Positions 8,711-18,139 of a stretch of DNA of 63,331 bases are shown here, in pieces. Under the pieces are notes generated by a model that saw only the letters and a program-made list of their open reading frames with translations, ran no database searches and was not told where the DNA came from. Every line of letters begins with the position of its first letter. Position 1 is the stretch's first letter. Made by a program: the position numbers and the translations under genes. Location: positions 1-63,331 of IMG/VR virus record IMGVR_UViG_3300028585_000024; one strand, 5' to 3'. Source of the DNA: a virus (lineage: Duplodnaviria > Caudoviricetes).

Positions 8711-10000
8711 TTAACGCCCCTTGCCCATGTCGCACAGTTTGCGGGCCGCATCGGCGCGGGCCTGTTCGTGCGCAAGTGCGCGTTCCTGTTCAACACTGGC
8801 GCGGGACCAGGCGACGATATCCGCATAGGGATCAACCGACAACGCGCCGCGCGCCACGAGGGCCGGATTATCGAATTCACCATCGTCGAGCGCCACGATT
8901 GCGCGGGCCAATGACATATCCGTTTCGCCCGCGTCCAACGTGGCCGCGTCGCCTTCCTTTGCCGCCAGGTATTCAGCGGCCAGGCGCGCATCTTCGTCCG
9001 CGTGCGCCATTGCCGTGACGACTTCGGGCGGCGCGATTGCCAGCACGGCAGACATGATAGTGTCGCCAGCACATGCGGCCACGTATTCACGAGTAAGCCT
9101 GATATCGCGAACGAATGCGACGGCGCGCGCCATCACGTCGGCGTTAGATTCTTGCGGCACGTCGGCCAGGATGCACACGCATTCCGGCGCTTCAGGCTTC
9201 TCAAGCGAGACCGTTACAGGCCGCGCGGGTTGGACGCTATGCAGGGTGACGCAAATTGACCCGCGATGTTCTCGCGCCACGTTGTTAAACGCCCATTCGC
9301 GCGCCTCGCCTTCCGTGGCCGCATCGTACAACTGATTAACCGTGACTTGTCCGCGTTCATTTGCCGCCGTAATCCAGTAACGATTAAGCGCGACAGGCAT
9401 GCGCAAGTGCGCAAGGGCCGCGCGTTCGGCGTCCGCTTGCGTGGCGCACGGTTCGCCAATCCAGACATTATCCGGCGCGATGACGCGAACAGGGTAGATC
9501 GCGCCAGCGAACGCCGGACCATCTGACACGCGGCGCAACTCGTACAAGTCGGCCACGGTAGGATGCACGGCAGTCAGGCGTTCCCAGGAAGTGAACACGA
9601 TAAACGAAGCGGGGAGCGGCTGACCAGGTACGCAAACAGGTTGCGGCGCGATGCGCTTGACCAGGGACAAGGCCGCGCCGCGATCCTTTGCCGCTGCGAT
9701 CAATGCCGCGTCGCGGGCCTTCCATGCGTCCGCATCCGCTTCAGGTTCCCAGCCATCGGCGACAGGTTGCGCGATGATGGTTTCAACCTCTTCAGCGTGG
9801 ACGACTGGCGCGGCCTGTTCAGCGTCGCGCTTACGATTCAATTCCGCTTGCTTGGATGCTTCGCAACGGGCGCAACGTGCGCCGGTAGCGGCCTTGTATT
9901 CAGTCCAGTTCGCCGACATTGGAGTGTTGACCGCATCGCGACCGCATGCCGTTTTGCTTGCCAGGCCGTTGCCGCTTTTATTCAGGTGTAAAACTCGCAT
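8711..10000 (-). CDS. hypothetical multidomain early protein with N-terminal His/Cys finger
   Basis: 429 aa; AAGGAG RBS; H..CGR..CARC motif; first gene after the promoter. Confidence 0.8.
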   Translation of the reverse strand: MRVLHLNKSGNGLASKTACGRDAVNTPMSANWTEYKAATGARCARCEASKQAELNRKRDAEQAAPVVHAEEVETIIAQPVADGWEPEADADAWKARDAALIAAAKDRGAALSLVKRIAPQPVCVPGQPLPASFIVFTSWERLTAVHPTVADLYELRRVSDGPAFAGAIYPVRVIAPDNVWIGEPCATQADAERAALAHLRMPVALNRYWITAANERGQVTVNQLYDAATEGEAREWAFNNVAREHRGSICVTLHSVQPARPVTVSLEKPEAPECVCILADVPQESNADVMARAVAFVRDIRLTREYVAACAGDTIMSAVLAIAPPEVVTAMAHADEDARLAAEYLAAKEGDAATLDAGETDMSLARAIVALDDGEFDNPALVARGALSVDPYADIVAWSRASVEQERALAHEQARADAARKLCDMGKGR

Positions 10001-10053
10001 TTTGAGACTCCTTTTAGGATTGTTTGAATGCCGGTTTGCGCCGGTGAGATTGC

Positions 10054-10140
10054 ATATTAAGCGACAAGGAAAAACCCTGTCAAACGGTTTTCATCATAGC
10101 GGCGCAAATACAACACACTCGACAAGGAAAAACCCTGTCG
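10054..10140 (-). promoter_or_regulatory. leftward sigma70 promoter with two dyad operators
   Basis: TTGACA(10083-10078)-18 bp-TAATAT(10059-10054); dyads at 10062-10082 and 10120-10140. Confidence 0.8.
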
Positions 10141-10428
10141 CCGGGTTTGCACGCCGACCAGGCGCGGCCCGCCATGCCGCCTATATAGGGGGACCGGCCA
10201 GGCGCAAGGCGTCACCATACGAAACACGGCGCGCCAGGCCATGCCGCCGAACGTTCGCGCCGTCGATCGCAGCCCAGCACCATATATTCCACGGCGCGCC
10301 AGGCGTGCCCACCAAATTTCGTTCAAAACGGGGTTTTTCGCTGTGCCGCCAGCGCCAGGTCCGGCCACGGTCGGCGTCGTCTCGACGGAACTGCGGACCA
10401 GTCGACAAGGTGATACCATGTTTCCAGG

Positions 10429-10554
10429 CTTACTTGACAGACCTGGCCGGTTCCCAAAAATCCATTTCGGAATTTGAAAAAACCTTGTCGCCTTACTTCG
10501 CAGCCCTGGCCGGTTCCCAAAATTCGGGGCGCCGTTTTGAAAAAGTTGTTGACA
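10429..10554. repeat. imperfect ~63-bp tandem duplication
   Basis: CTTACTT..CAG.CCTGGCCGGTTCCCAAAA...TTTGAAAAA at 10429 and 10492. Confidence 0.75.
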
Positions 10555-10577
10555 AGGTTTTTCCGTGTTACGATAAT
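10549..10577 (+). promoter_or_regulatory. rightward sigma70 promoter with dyad operator
   Basis: TTGACA-17 bp-GATAAT; dyad TGACA-AGGTTTTTCCG-TGTTA at 10550-10570. Confidence 0.85.
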
Positions 10578-10611
10578 GGCTCACCGTTACCCAATGAATA
10601 GGAGAAACACC

Positions 10612-10827
10612 ATGGCAAAAGCAGCAGCAACCCCGAACACGCTGGACTCGATCACCGAGATCCGCGACCTGGCGCGCGAACTGGATGACAAGATCCGCGA
10701 CGTGAATCGCCAGGAGAAAGGGCAGCACGAGCAGACCGGCGCCTACGTCAACTCACACCTCGGTGAAGCACGCAAGGCGTCGCGCGAAGTTCTCAGCCGC
10801 CTCGACCTCGCACTCGACAGTCTGTAA
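10612..10827 (+). CDS. hypothetical helical protein
   Basis: ATG 10612 with AGGAG RBS; first gene after the promoter. Confidence 0.75.
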   Translation: MAKAAATPNTLDSITEIRDLARELDDKIRDVNRQEKGQHEQTGAYVNSHLGEARKASREVLSRLDLALDSL

Positions 10828-10848
10828 ATCACTCAACAAGGAAATACC

Positions 10849-11199
10849 ATGTCAGCAAAACAGCAAGTGCTCGCAGCGGCCATCGTCGGCGCCATGAGTC
10901 CCGAGTCGGACATCGTTGCACCACCCCGGACCCGCGCGTTCTCGTTCAACGCCGCCGTCGCGGACATGCAGGTTGGCGACATGCCGGCCGCGCGTGTGGT
11001 GCAGATCGACCCGACCATGGCAATCGGCGACGCACTGGCCGAAATGAGCACGCAAGCGGACAAGCTGCGCAACAGCGTGACTTCGGCCACGAGCCAGGCC
11101 AAGCGTCGTATCCCCGGCTCCGACTACAGCGTCGAGATCGCCGACATCAAACTCAAGAGCGGCCTGTACCTGCTGGCCCTCGTTCACCGGACGGTTTAA
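10849..11199 (+). CDS. hypothetical protein, possibly DNA-binding
   Basis: AAGGA RBS; a dyad copy (10834-10854) covers its RBS and ATG. Confidence 0.75.
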   Translation: MSAKQQVLAAAIVGAMSPESDIVAPPRTRAFSFNAAVADMQVGDMPAARVVQIDPTMAIGDALAEMSTQADKLRNSVTSATSQAKRRIPGSDYSVEIADIKLKSGLYLLALVHRTV

Positions 11200-11201
11200 T
11201 C

Positions 11202-11705
11202 ATGGACAAAATCAAAATGAGCGGACTGTTCGGTCGCTTCGGTGACACACCTGTCGACCACATGGACGCCGGGCCGGATAGCGATGAGCCGTTCGTCGTT
11301 GACCTGACTGGCGTTTCGCGCATCAACGCACAATTTGTCGAACTCACCAGCGATGAGCAGTCCGCAGTCGAGCGTGTCAAGGCCCGCCTGACCGACATGC
11401 GCAACAGCAATGGTGTCTACGGTAAGCGTGGCGCCCGCGTCGAAGGTACGCTGTACGATCCCGAGATCACGCACCTGCCGAGCGGCGGCAAGATGGTCAG
11501 CGGCAGCACCGATGCGCTGCGCGAGTACATCACCCGCGACATCGAAGCGACCGAGGAATTGCGCAAGCGCGCCGAGGTCGACCAGATCATCACGGAAGGT
11601 CTGCGCATGCAGGCACGCGGCCGTGCGGCACCGCTGCCACGTCCAACCATGATCGCAATGTGCATCCGTGCCGTGTGCGACGACATCGAATCCTGGAGTA
11701 AATGA
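11202..11705 (+). CDS. hypothetical protein
   Basis: 167-aa ORF packed in operon. Confidence 0.7.
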   Translation: MDKIKMSGLFGRFGDTPVDHMDAGPDSDEPFVVDLTGVSRINAQFVELTSDEQSAVERVKARLTDMRNSNGVYGKRGARVEGTLYDPEITHLPSGGKMVSGSTDALREYITRDIEATEELRKRAEVDQIITEGLRMQARGRAAPLPRPTMIAMCIRAVCDDIESWSK

Positions 11706-11706
11706 A

Positions 11707-12000
11707 ATGAGCATCAACGAATTTGGCGAACAACCACGCACCTCCGAAGAACAGCGCACCCGCAACGCTACGATTGCAGCCGGCATCGCAGTACGCCGTG
11801 GCACGCCACGCCCGGCCAACATTCGCCCGGCGTACCAGAACACCAGCGACGCCATGGACATCGCCGTGAAAGCGTTGCAACTGGCCGCATCGAACGCGCG
11901 CATGGAAGGCGCACCGCCAGCGCTGATCGAGAAGCTGGGTAGCCTGTCCGCGCGCCTGTCGGCGTCCCGCATTGAAGTGATGAAAGGTAATCCGGCATGA
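11707..12000 (+). CDS. hypothetical protein
   Basis: ATG 11707 with GGAG RBS; ATGA overlap with the next gene. Confidence 0.7.
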   Translation: MSINEFGEQPRTSEEQRTRNATIAAGIAVRRGTPRPANIRPAYQNTSDAMDIAVKALQLAASNARMEGAPPALIEKLGSLSARLSASRIEVMKGNPA

Positions 12001-12593
12001 GCATCGACCCAAAACGCGCCATCGTCGACCTGGTAGGTGTGGCACTTCAGTCGATGCGTGCGGCCCGCGACATCGCGAACGCCAGCGGCACCGAACACCA
12101 TGAACTTTATGCGAAGCTGTCGCTCACTACCGGCATGGTCGCCGGCCTGGTGATGGAAGTAGCCCGCACCACCGAGAGCAGCGACGCCGTACAGCCGGAC
12201 ACCCTGTCGCCGTTCGAGGCCGAGATCATGCAGGTGGTTCATGTCCACGGCAAGATCGCGAAGTCGCCAGTCGGCACGATGGCCGCATACGCGCTGTCGT
12301 CGCTCGTCAAGCGCCGCCTGCTGGTGCCGGCCAACCCGGAAGGTTCGGAGTTCATCGTGCCACGTTATCTGCCGATTGGCGAGAATGGCGCACTGGTGAT
12401 GGTGAGTCGCGGAACCGCAGTGATGTACGACACCATCATGCGCGGCGAAAACTACGATGTCACGCGCAATCCGCATGTGCGCGATTCCGTCGTCAAGCAA
12501 TGTTGGCGCCTCGTGGACGCCGGGATCGCGGTATGGCTCGGTGAGGGCGAACACGTCATAGCGAAGAATCCTGACGTACCGTTCAAGCCATGA
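11997..12593 (+). CDS. hypothetical protein
   Basis: ATGA-coupled on both sides. Confidence 0.7.
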   Translation: MSIDPKRAIVDLVGVALQSMRAARDIANASGTEHHELYAKLSLTTGMVAGLVMEVARTTESSDAVQPDTLSPFEAEIMQVVHVHGKIAKSPVGTMAAYALSSLVKRRLLVPANPEGSEFIVPRYLPIGENGALVMVSRGTAVMYDTIMRGENYDVTRNPHVRDSVVKQCWRLVDAGIAVWLGEGEHVIAKNPDVPFKP

Positions 12594-12838
12594 GCGGACT
12601 GACGCGCAACCAGGCGAGCCTACTGGTCGTGATGCGCAGAATGAAGTCGCTGCACTATAACCGCAACACCGGCCGCTTCGTGATCGTCCTCGCGATCAAG
12701 CGCTACAGCAAGACCGAAGAAGGCGTGACCGCGAGCGCAAAGGCGTTGTGGCGCAAGGGTTACATCGAGCCAATTAATCTGAACATCGGCAACGACGTTT
12801 GCGAATTTCGACTGACCGAAAAAGGAATGACACCATGA
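12590..12838 (+). CDS. hypothetical basic protein, winged-helix-like
   Basis: ATGA-coupled; LT.NQ..LL start and KALWRKGYIE...FRLTEKG end. Confidence 0.6.
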   Translation: MSGLTRNQASLLVVMRRMKSLHYNRNTGRFVIVLAIKRYSKTEEGVTASAKALWRKGYIEPINLNIGNDVCEFRLTEKGMTP

Positions 12839-13185
12839 CCCATATTTCACCAGGCGACGCCAGCTATCCGCCACAGGACATCATCGAAGCGGAAAAGAAG
12901 TTGAGCAACTACTGCCGTCAACTTCCCGGCACCGGCCGCTGGCAACTCGGCCACACGGCCGACCGTCGTTTCGTGTCACTGGCCGAGAACTACAAGAAAC
13001 AGCGCGACGAACTGCTCGCATTCATGCAGGGCGCCCCGGTGTCGAGCGGCGTGTGCTGCTGCGGCGACGACATGAACAAGCACGCTCACCCGATGAGCAG
13101 CGGCCACAACCCGGTCGACATGTGGGATCACGCAGTCATGTGTCACGCCGAAGAGATCGCCAAATTTGACGAGACCAGTGGCTAA
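12835..13185 (+). CDS. hypothetical protein with Cys/His cluster
   Basis: AAGGA RBS; CCCGDDMNKHAH...H motif. Confidence 0.7.
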   Translation: MTHISPGDASYPPQDIIEAEKKLSNYCRQLPGTGRWQLGHTADRRFVSLAENYKKQRDELLAFMQGAPVSSGVCCCGDDMNKHAHPMSSGHNPVDMWDHAVMCHAEEIAKFDETSG

Positions 13186-13271
13186 ACTCCCAGCCCGCAA
13201 TCCGCTCGTCCACACCGGGCCAGGCGAGCGATGCGAGAACTGCCCGAACCACACCATGAAAGGAAGCCCTG

Positions 13272-13844
13272 ATGCACGTACGACTGAATGACCGATACCA
13301 CCGCGTCGCAACGATAGCGGAAGCCGACGCCGAAAACAGTAGCCAGGCGGCGCCGCACGCAATCGTTCACGCGCTTTGGATCGAAGGCTCGCCCGACACG
13401 ACGATGTGCGGCAAGGTCGAGAGCCTGGACACGAAGCGCATGCCGAAGAACCGCATCGTCTCCTGTCCGCATTGCCTGGCCGCGATCAAGAAAGTCCGCC
13501 AGCGCAACAGCCGTGACGGTCGGATCGCAGCGGTCGAGCGCCACATTCTTGCAATCGAAGAGAACAAGCGTGAGCAGATCGCAGCCGAAGAGATCGCCGA
13601 AGCCAAGCAGCGCGGTATCGAGCGCGACGCCGAGTATCTGCGAAAGCTGCGCGAGTGCTGCGGCTACATCCAGAACGGCACCGAAGAAGCGCTGACCATC
13701 AGCCAGGACGATGCGACGCGCGGCTGGAGTATCCGCATCGGCGACAGCCTGGCTCGCAGCCGAGGCACCGACCGCAGCTATCACGCTGACGGATTCTATG
13801 AAGTGATCGACATGGCGCACGCCGTCGAAAAACAGGAGAACTAA
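13272..13844 (+). CDS. hypothetical protein with His/Cys finger
   Basis: AAGGA RBS; H..CGK..CPHC motif followed by coiled coil. Confidence 0.75.
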   Translation: MHVRLNDRYHRVATIAEADAENSSQAAPHAIVHALWIEGSPDTTMCGKVESLDTKRMPKNRIVSCPHCLAAIKKVRQRNSRDGRIAAVERHILAIEENKREQIAAEEIAEAKQRGIERDAEYLRKLRECCGYIQNGTEEALTISQDDATRGWSIRIGDSLARSRGTDRSYHADGFYEVIDMAHAVEKQEN

Positions 13845-13847
13845 ATC

Positions 13848-15290
13848 ATGAGCACCGCAATCCCACCGAACCCGAACGCCATCATCCGCGCGCTGCTGGA
13901 CATCGCCCAGGCCGCGTATGTGCTGATCCACTCGCCAGGCAAGGACATGGCCGACAACCTGAAGCGACAGGTGAACGTGCTCGAAGATCTGCCGCAATAC
14001 TGCAACAACCCGGTCAACGGGCCGTGCCGCGCGAGCAAATACCTCGAATCCTTCCTGGTTGGCGGCTCGACACTGACCACGGCAGGCGCCGACGTGCAGC
14101 GTGACGGCACCGAGTTCAAAGAGCACACATGGAATGCGCCGGTCGACGGACCAGGCTTCACGCCGACCGCCGAGTTCCCGGCCAGTGGTCCGATCTCGCA
14201 CGACTTCTACACGCACCGCGATACGTGGCGCGACCTGATCGTGCGCGCACGGCAGGACAATGCGCGATTCGAGGATGCAAAAGACTTTGTTGACGACAGG
14301 TCGTACATCGACCACGAACTGCGCGCATTCGACCGTGCGTTCGACAGCCTGCCGCCGCAACAGGAACGCCGGCTGCGCGAGCGCATGATCGAGCCGGCCA
14401 TCCCGGTCGTCGGCAAAGAGGCACTGGTCGAGGCGACCCGCCCGCTGTTCGTGAAGGCCATGCAGTCGCAAGGCCACCGTGCGGATCTCGACGAGCGCGG
14501 CCTGTACAAAGGCGTGAGCGAGTATCGCTGGGAAGGCTGGCGCGCTGCGGTCGAGTCGATGGGATTCAAGCCGGCCAGTGACGACATCGGCGCGCAGCGC
14601 GAGCAGGCCGAGGCATGGAACGCTGTGTGCGATGCGCTGACCAAGTATGCGCCAGGCTGGCAGGCGCTCACCTCGCGCGGCATGGATTCGGCGGTGAAGG
14701 CCATCGAGCAACTGGGGAGCAAGTCGGACTCGCTGGCTCAAGTCGGATGGCGCCACGTCATGCACATGGAAGGTGGGCAAACCCGGACCCTCTTCGGTGA
14801 CACCATCGAATGTCCGTGGGGCGTGCGCGGCAAGGAGTTCGACGCGACCTATGCTGTTACCTGTGAGCCGGTGTACGAGGTCAACCCTGCGGCTCGCCAG
14901 GCCATGCGCACCAACATGCTCGCCGACACCGCCGACGAGGCGCTGCGGATCATCAACGACGCCGGCCTGATGCGCAACCTGCATGAACTGTTCGACGGCA
15001 GCGACAAAACTGGTGGCGGCGTCGACATCGTGAACTGGAAAGTCGACGAGGGTATGCGCCCGGTCTGGAGCGTGGAAGTTCGCACCGGCACCGGCCAGCG
15101 CAAGTACGAGTCGACTTCCATGCACCAGGCTATCGTGGCGGCACACAAGGGTGAGCGTGATCTGTTCCAGCCCGAGCATGAAGAGTGCCGGTTCTGCGGC
15201 TTCACCGTCGAGACACCATGCGATACGCCGCCGTCCGCCGAATGCCCGACCGCACTGGCCGAAGAAATGATGAAGGCCGCGAAGAAATGA
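13848..15290 (+). CDS. hypothetical multidomain protein
   Basis: 480 aa; AGGAG RBS; C-terminal CRFC..C..C. Confidence 0.75.
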   Translation: MSTAIPPNPNAIIRALLDIAQAAYVLIHSPGKDMADNLKRQVNVLEDLPQYCNNPVNGPCRASKYLESFLVGGSTLTTAGADVQRDGTEFKEHTWNAPVDGPGFTPTAEFPASGPISHDFYTHRDTWRDLIVRARQDNARFEDAKDFVDDRSYIDHELRAFDRAFDSLPPQQERRLRERMIEPAIPVVGKEALVEATRPLFVKAMQSQGHRADLDERGLYKGVSEYRWEGWRAAVESMGFKPASDDIGAQREQAEAWNAVCDALTKYAPGWQALTSRGMDSAVKAIEQLGSKSDSLAQVGWRHVMHMEGGQTRTLFGDTIECPWGVRGKEFDATYAVTCEPVYEVNPAARQAMRTNMLADTADEALRIINDAGLMRNLHELFDGSDKTGGGVDIVNWKVDEGMRPVWSVEVRTGTGQRKYESTSMHQAIVAAHKGERDLFQPEHEECRFCGFTVETPCDTPPSAECPTALAEEMMKAAKK

Positions 15291-15646
15291 TGATCCGCGC
15301 CAGCTACCCCGCACCGATGTTCGCCGTCGTCCTGTCCACCTCGATCATCCCGCCGATGACCGATCCGCTGGGCAAGCACTGGCGCCAACCGGATACGGAC
15401 AATTTCGTGATCGACGACACCCATGTCATCATGTCGCAGCGCGACTTCGATCAGCTTGCCGAGTACAACACGACCACCCCGAGCGGCGTGTATCCCGGCA
15501 AGTGCTGGAGGGCGCAACAGTGGGAGAAAGACCCTGCTGCTCCGCGCGGTTGGAAGTGGATCGACAAGTGGGATCTGCGCTGGTACGGCGCCTGCGAAGA
15601 TCCGAAACTCGTGACCAACCACCACCGTGAAATCATCATCCTCTGA
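15287..15646 (+). CDS. hypothetical protein
   Basis: ATGA overlap; TDPLGKHWRQP and YNTTTPSGVYPGKCW motifs. Confidence 0.7.
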   Translation: MMIRASYPAPMFAVVLSTSIIPPMTDPLGKHWRQPDTDNFVIDDTHVIMSQRDFDQLAEYNTTTPSGVYPGKCWRAQQWEKDPAAPRGWKWIDKWDLRWYGACEDPKLVTNHHREIIIL

Positions 15647-15662
15647 AAAGGTAATTTGCACC

Positions 15663-16193
15663 ATGAGCCACAACAAAATAGTTCTTCTTATCGGCGGTCC
15701 AGCAGATGGCACGCGCATCGTCTTGTCGGCGAGCGCGCGCATCTACAACGCATGCGTTCGCGGTTTGCCTGACAACGAAGACGACGCCACGTCGGGCGCC
15801 ATCGACCCGAGCCGCGACCACATGGCTGAGATCACCACGTACGCCATCGGGGCCGTCCAGAACGCCTCCCACGACGTTTTCCACATTGGCGTGGTGGATC
15901 ACAACACCTGCGTCCTTTGCGAGCTTGTAGCGGGCTATCGCAAGCCGCGCAGCCACTCGACCGATGCGAACGTTGCGAAGCAACTCGTGACGTTCCTGGG
16001 TGGCGCGGCGGACGGCCATCAGGCTCCAGTGCAGACCGGCCTCACGCGATGCAAGGCGTCGTTCGAGGGATACGACATCGTGCCGCTGATCTGCCGCGAT
16101 GGCACCGAGATCCGTGTGGGCGTGACAGATCGTCTTCGCGCCGATCCGATCCGCATGCTCATCGAAGGTTATCGCATGGGAGCACAAGCATGA
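15663..16193 (+). CDS. hypothetical protein with internal duplication
   Basis: two units: LIGGPADG...LVAGYR and FLGGAADG...LIEGYR. Confidence 0.7.
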   Translation: MSHNKIVLLIGGPADGTRIVLSASARIYNACVRGLPDNEDDATSGAIDPSRDHMAEITTYAIGAVQNASHDVFHIGVVDHNTCVLCELVAGYRKPRSHSTDANVAKQLVTFLGGAADGHQAPVQTGLTRCKASFEGYDIVPLICRDGTEIRVGVTDRLRADPIRMLIEGYRMGAQA

Positions 16194-16321
16194 ACCAAGA
16201 TCCGAAACCCACGACACCGCCGCTGCCTGGCGCGCTCGGCACCGCGTTGCAGAAAGCCCTGAAACAACAGGCCGAGAAGCGTCCGGTCGAGCAGGCCGGC
16301 ACGCCGAAGGAGAAGAAATAA
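16190..16321 (+). CDS. 43-aa hypothetical protein
   Basis: GGGAG RBS; ATGA and TAATG coupling. Confidence 0.55.
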   Translation: MNQDPKPTTPPLPGALGTALQKALKQQAEKRPVEQAGTPKEKK

Positions 16322-16716
16322 TGCGCAAGGTTATCCAGATCACGTCGGCGCCATGGGAGGGTAGCGTCGCCCTCACGGCATTGTGCGACGACGGAACCAT
16401 GTGGGAAATGAACTCGGGACGGTGGGTCGAACTGCCGGCCATGGTGCAGGACGAATCGAAAGATCCGCTGGCGGTCGCGGCCGGCCGTATTCAGCGTGCC
16501 ATGAAGTATGCGAGCGATGTCATCCGATCCGGCCTGCCGCAACGCAGCGGAAGCCTGGTCGCGCTGAACGTGAACTCGATTCTTCGTGGCGCCGACGAGG
16601 GCTGTCAGGCGCGGCAGCACAGCGACCAGATGGTGTGCGAGAAGTGCGGCATCGGCTGGGATATGAACGACCAGGCGCCGCCGACGTGCGTAATCGTGGC
16701 ATCGGTGAAAGGGTAA
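16321..16716 (+). CDS. hypothetical protein with C-terminal Cys cluster
   Basis: AGGAG RBS; ALCDDGTMW and CQARQHSDQMVCEKCG motifs. Confidence 0.7.
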   Translation: MRKVIQITSAPWEGSVALTALCDDGTMWEMNSGRWVELPAMVQDESKDPLAVAAGRIQRAMKYASDVIRSGLPQRSGSLVALNVNSILRGADEGCQARQHSDQMVCEKCGIGWDMNDQAPPTCVIVASVKG

Positions 16717-16724
16717 CGCGACAC

Positions 16725-17354
16725 ATGGCCGGGTTAAACTATGAGACCGAGAACTCGCAAAAGATCATCAAGCAGATCCTTGCGTTCCTTCTCGGCCGGC
16801 CGCGTGAAGGCGCGACCCTGAAACAGATCCAGTCGATGCTCGGAGCAAGCCACGGCACCGCGCATCGTTTCGTGAACTACCTCACCGAACGCAACAAGAT
16901 CCACGTATCGGTCGAGGCGAAGGCAACACAGCAGGGCCACACGCCCGCGTACTACAGGCTCGGATACCGGATCATCACACCGATGATCCCCGGCATGCAG
17001 TACCGGGACATTCCACTCAATTTTTTTGGACCAAAAACCATGAACATCGACATATCGGAGCACTTGCCGGCGATGAGCGAATACATGAACGCCAGCGAGT
17101 TCCATCCTGCTCGCATCGGCGCCTACCAATGCGTGATGACCGGCGCGTTCGACGACGGCAGCGGCGTGACGCACATGCGCTGGTGGGACGGCGAGGACTG
17201 GTCGTATCCGCTCCAACCCGACCACGAAGACCTGGACGGCAACTACCTGAAGCCGGAAGCATCGTACTTCGTGAACGGCGACGAAGACGAACGCACCGAG
17301 TACCTGACTCGCTTCGCATGGCGCGGATACGCGGAAGATCCCGATCCATTGTAA
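16725..17354 (+). CDS. winged-HTH protein in frame with a second acidic domain (possibly two genes; second start at 17040)
   Basis: ATLKQIQSMLGASHGTAHRFVNYL is wHTH-like; T7 run at 17021-17027 just before the internal ATG. Confidence 0.65.
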   Translation: MAGLNYETENSQKIIKQILAFLLGRPREGATLKQIQSMLGASHGTAHRFVNYLTERNKIHVSVEAKATQQGHTPAYYRLGYRIITPMIPGMQYRDIPLNFFGPKTMNIDISEHLPAMSEYMNASEFHPARIGAYQCVMTGAFDDGSGVTHMRWWDGEDWSYPLQPDHEDLDGNYLKPEASYFVNGDEDERTEYLTRFAWRGYAEDPDPL

Positions 17355-17359
17355 ATGAG

Positions 17360-17388
17360 TTGACAAGGTAAAACCTTGTTAGTACACT
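17360..17388 (+). promoter_or_regulatory. rightward sigma70 promoter with dyad operator
   Basis: TTGACA-17 bp-TACACT; dyad TGACA-AGGTAAAACCT-TGTTA at 17361-17381. Confidence 0.8.
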
Positions 17389-17420
17389 TGCACTCAATCT
17401 ACCGCACAAGGGAAATGCAA

Positions 17421-18020
17421 ATGAATCAGAAAAAAGTAAGCGTCCACGGCCTCCAGAATATCGCGTCGCTGCTGGGCCGCGCTGATGCCCCGAAGCCAGC
17501 ACCGAAGCGCGAGAAGCGCGATCTGAACGGTCTGTTCAACCACACCCGCGAGAAGGTGCATGCTGCAATACCGCTCGGCGCAATGGGTTCGATGGACAAG
17601 AGCCACACGGAACTCATCAAGACCTACATCAACGCCGGCCTGCGCGAAGCCTACAACCTCGGCCACTCCGAAGCGCTGGAACAGAACGGCCAGGTCGAGC
17701 GCCTGCTGGAGAAGCAATACGAGAACCGCACGCGCGTCACCACGCCGGCAGTCGTGTGCGCCGTCATGGAGCAGACCGGCCTGTCGTCGATGACCCTGGA
17801 CATGGCGCTGATGGCGACCGTGTTCGAGCGCTGCGACATTCAGTACACCGTGACCGACGCGGACGTGATCGAATTCACGATGCGCCCGATTGGCGAGTTT
17901 GCCGATGGCGCGCTCGGTACGCCGTTCGTCGATCTCGAAGCCGACGTGCGCCACCAGGTCGAGGATATCGAGCAGACTGCGATCAACGTCGACGCGGAAC
18001 AGTTCGAGGACAAGCAATGA
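17421..18020 (+). CDS. hypothetical protein
   Basis: AAGGGA RBS; first gene after the promoter. Confidence 0.75.
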   Translation: MNQKKVSVHGLQNIASLLGRADAPKPAPKREKRDLNGLFNHTREKVHAAIPLGAMGSMDKSHTELIKTYINAGLREAYNLGHSEALEQNGQVERLLEKQYENRTRVTTPAVVCAVMEQTGLSSMTLDMALMATVFERCDIQYTVTDADVIEFTMRPIGEFADGALGTPFVDLEADVRHQVEDIEQTAINVDAEQFEDKQ

Positions 18021-18139
18021 AATGGGCCATGCTCGGCACCTTCATCGCGGGCATGGTCGGTCTCGGCTGGCTGATTGACCAGTGGGTCGACAACAAATAC
18101 AACCCGGAGAAACACCATGAACAAAAAGCGCAACGCTGA
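18017..18139 (+). CDS. 40-aa membrane peptide
   Basis: GAGGA RBS; ATGA overlap; hydrophobic N-terminus. Confidence 0.55.
   Translation: MKWAMLGTFIAGMVGLGWLIDQWVDNKYNPEKHHEQKAQR

Noticed and set aside
9651-10728. 316-aa and 223-aa ORFs over the divergent control region
   Set aside because: They overlap promoters, operators and repeats, and their composition is not protein-like.
13178-13291. 37-codon GTG-start ORF filling an intergenic gap
   Set aside because: Weak RBS and overlap with both neighbours; insufficient support.
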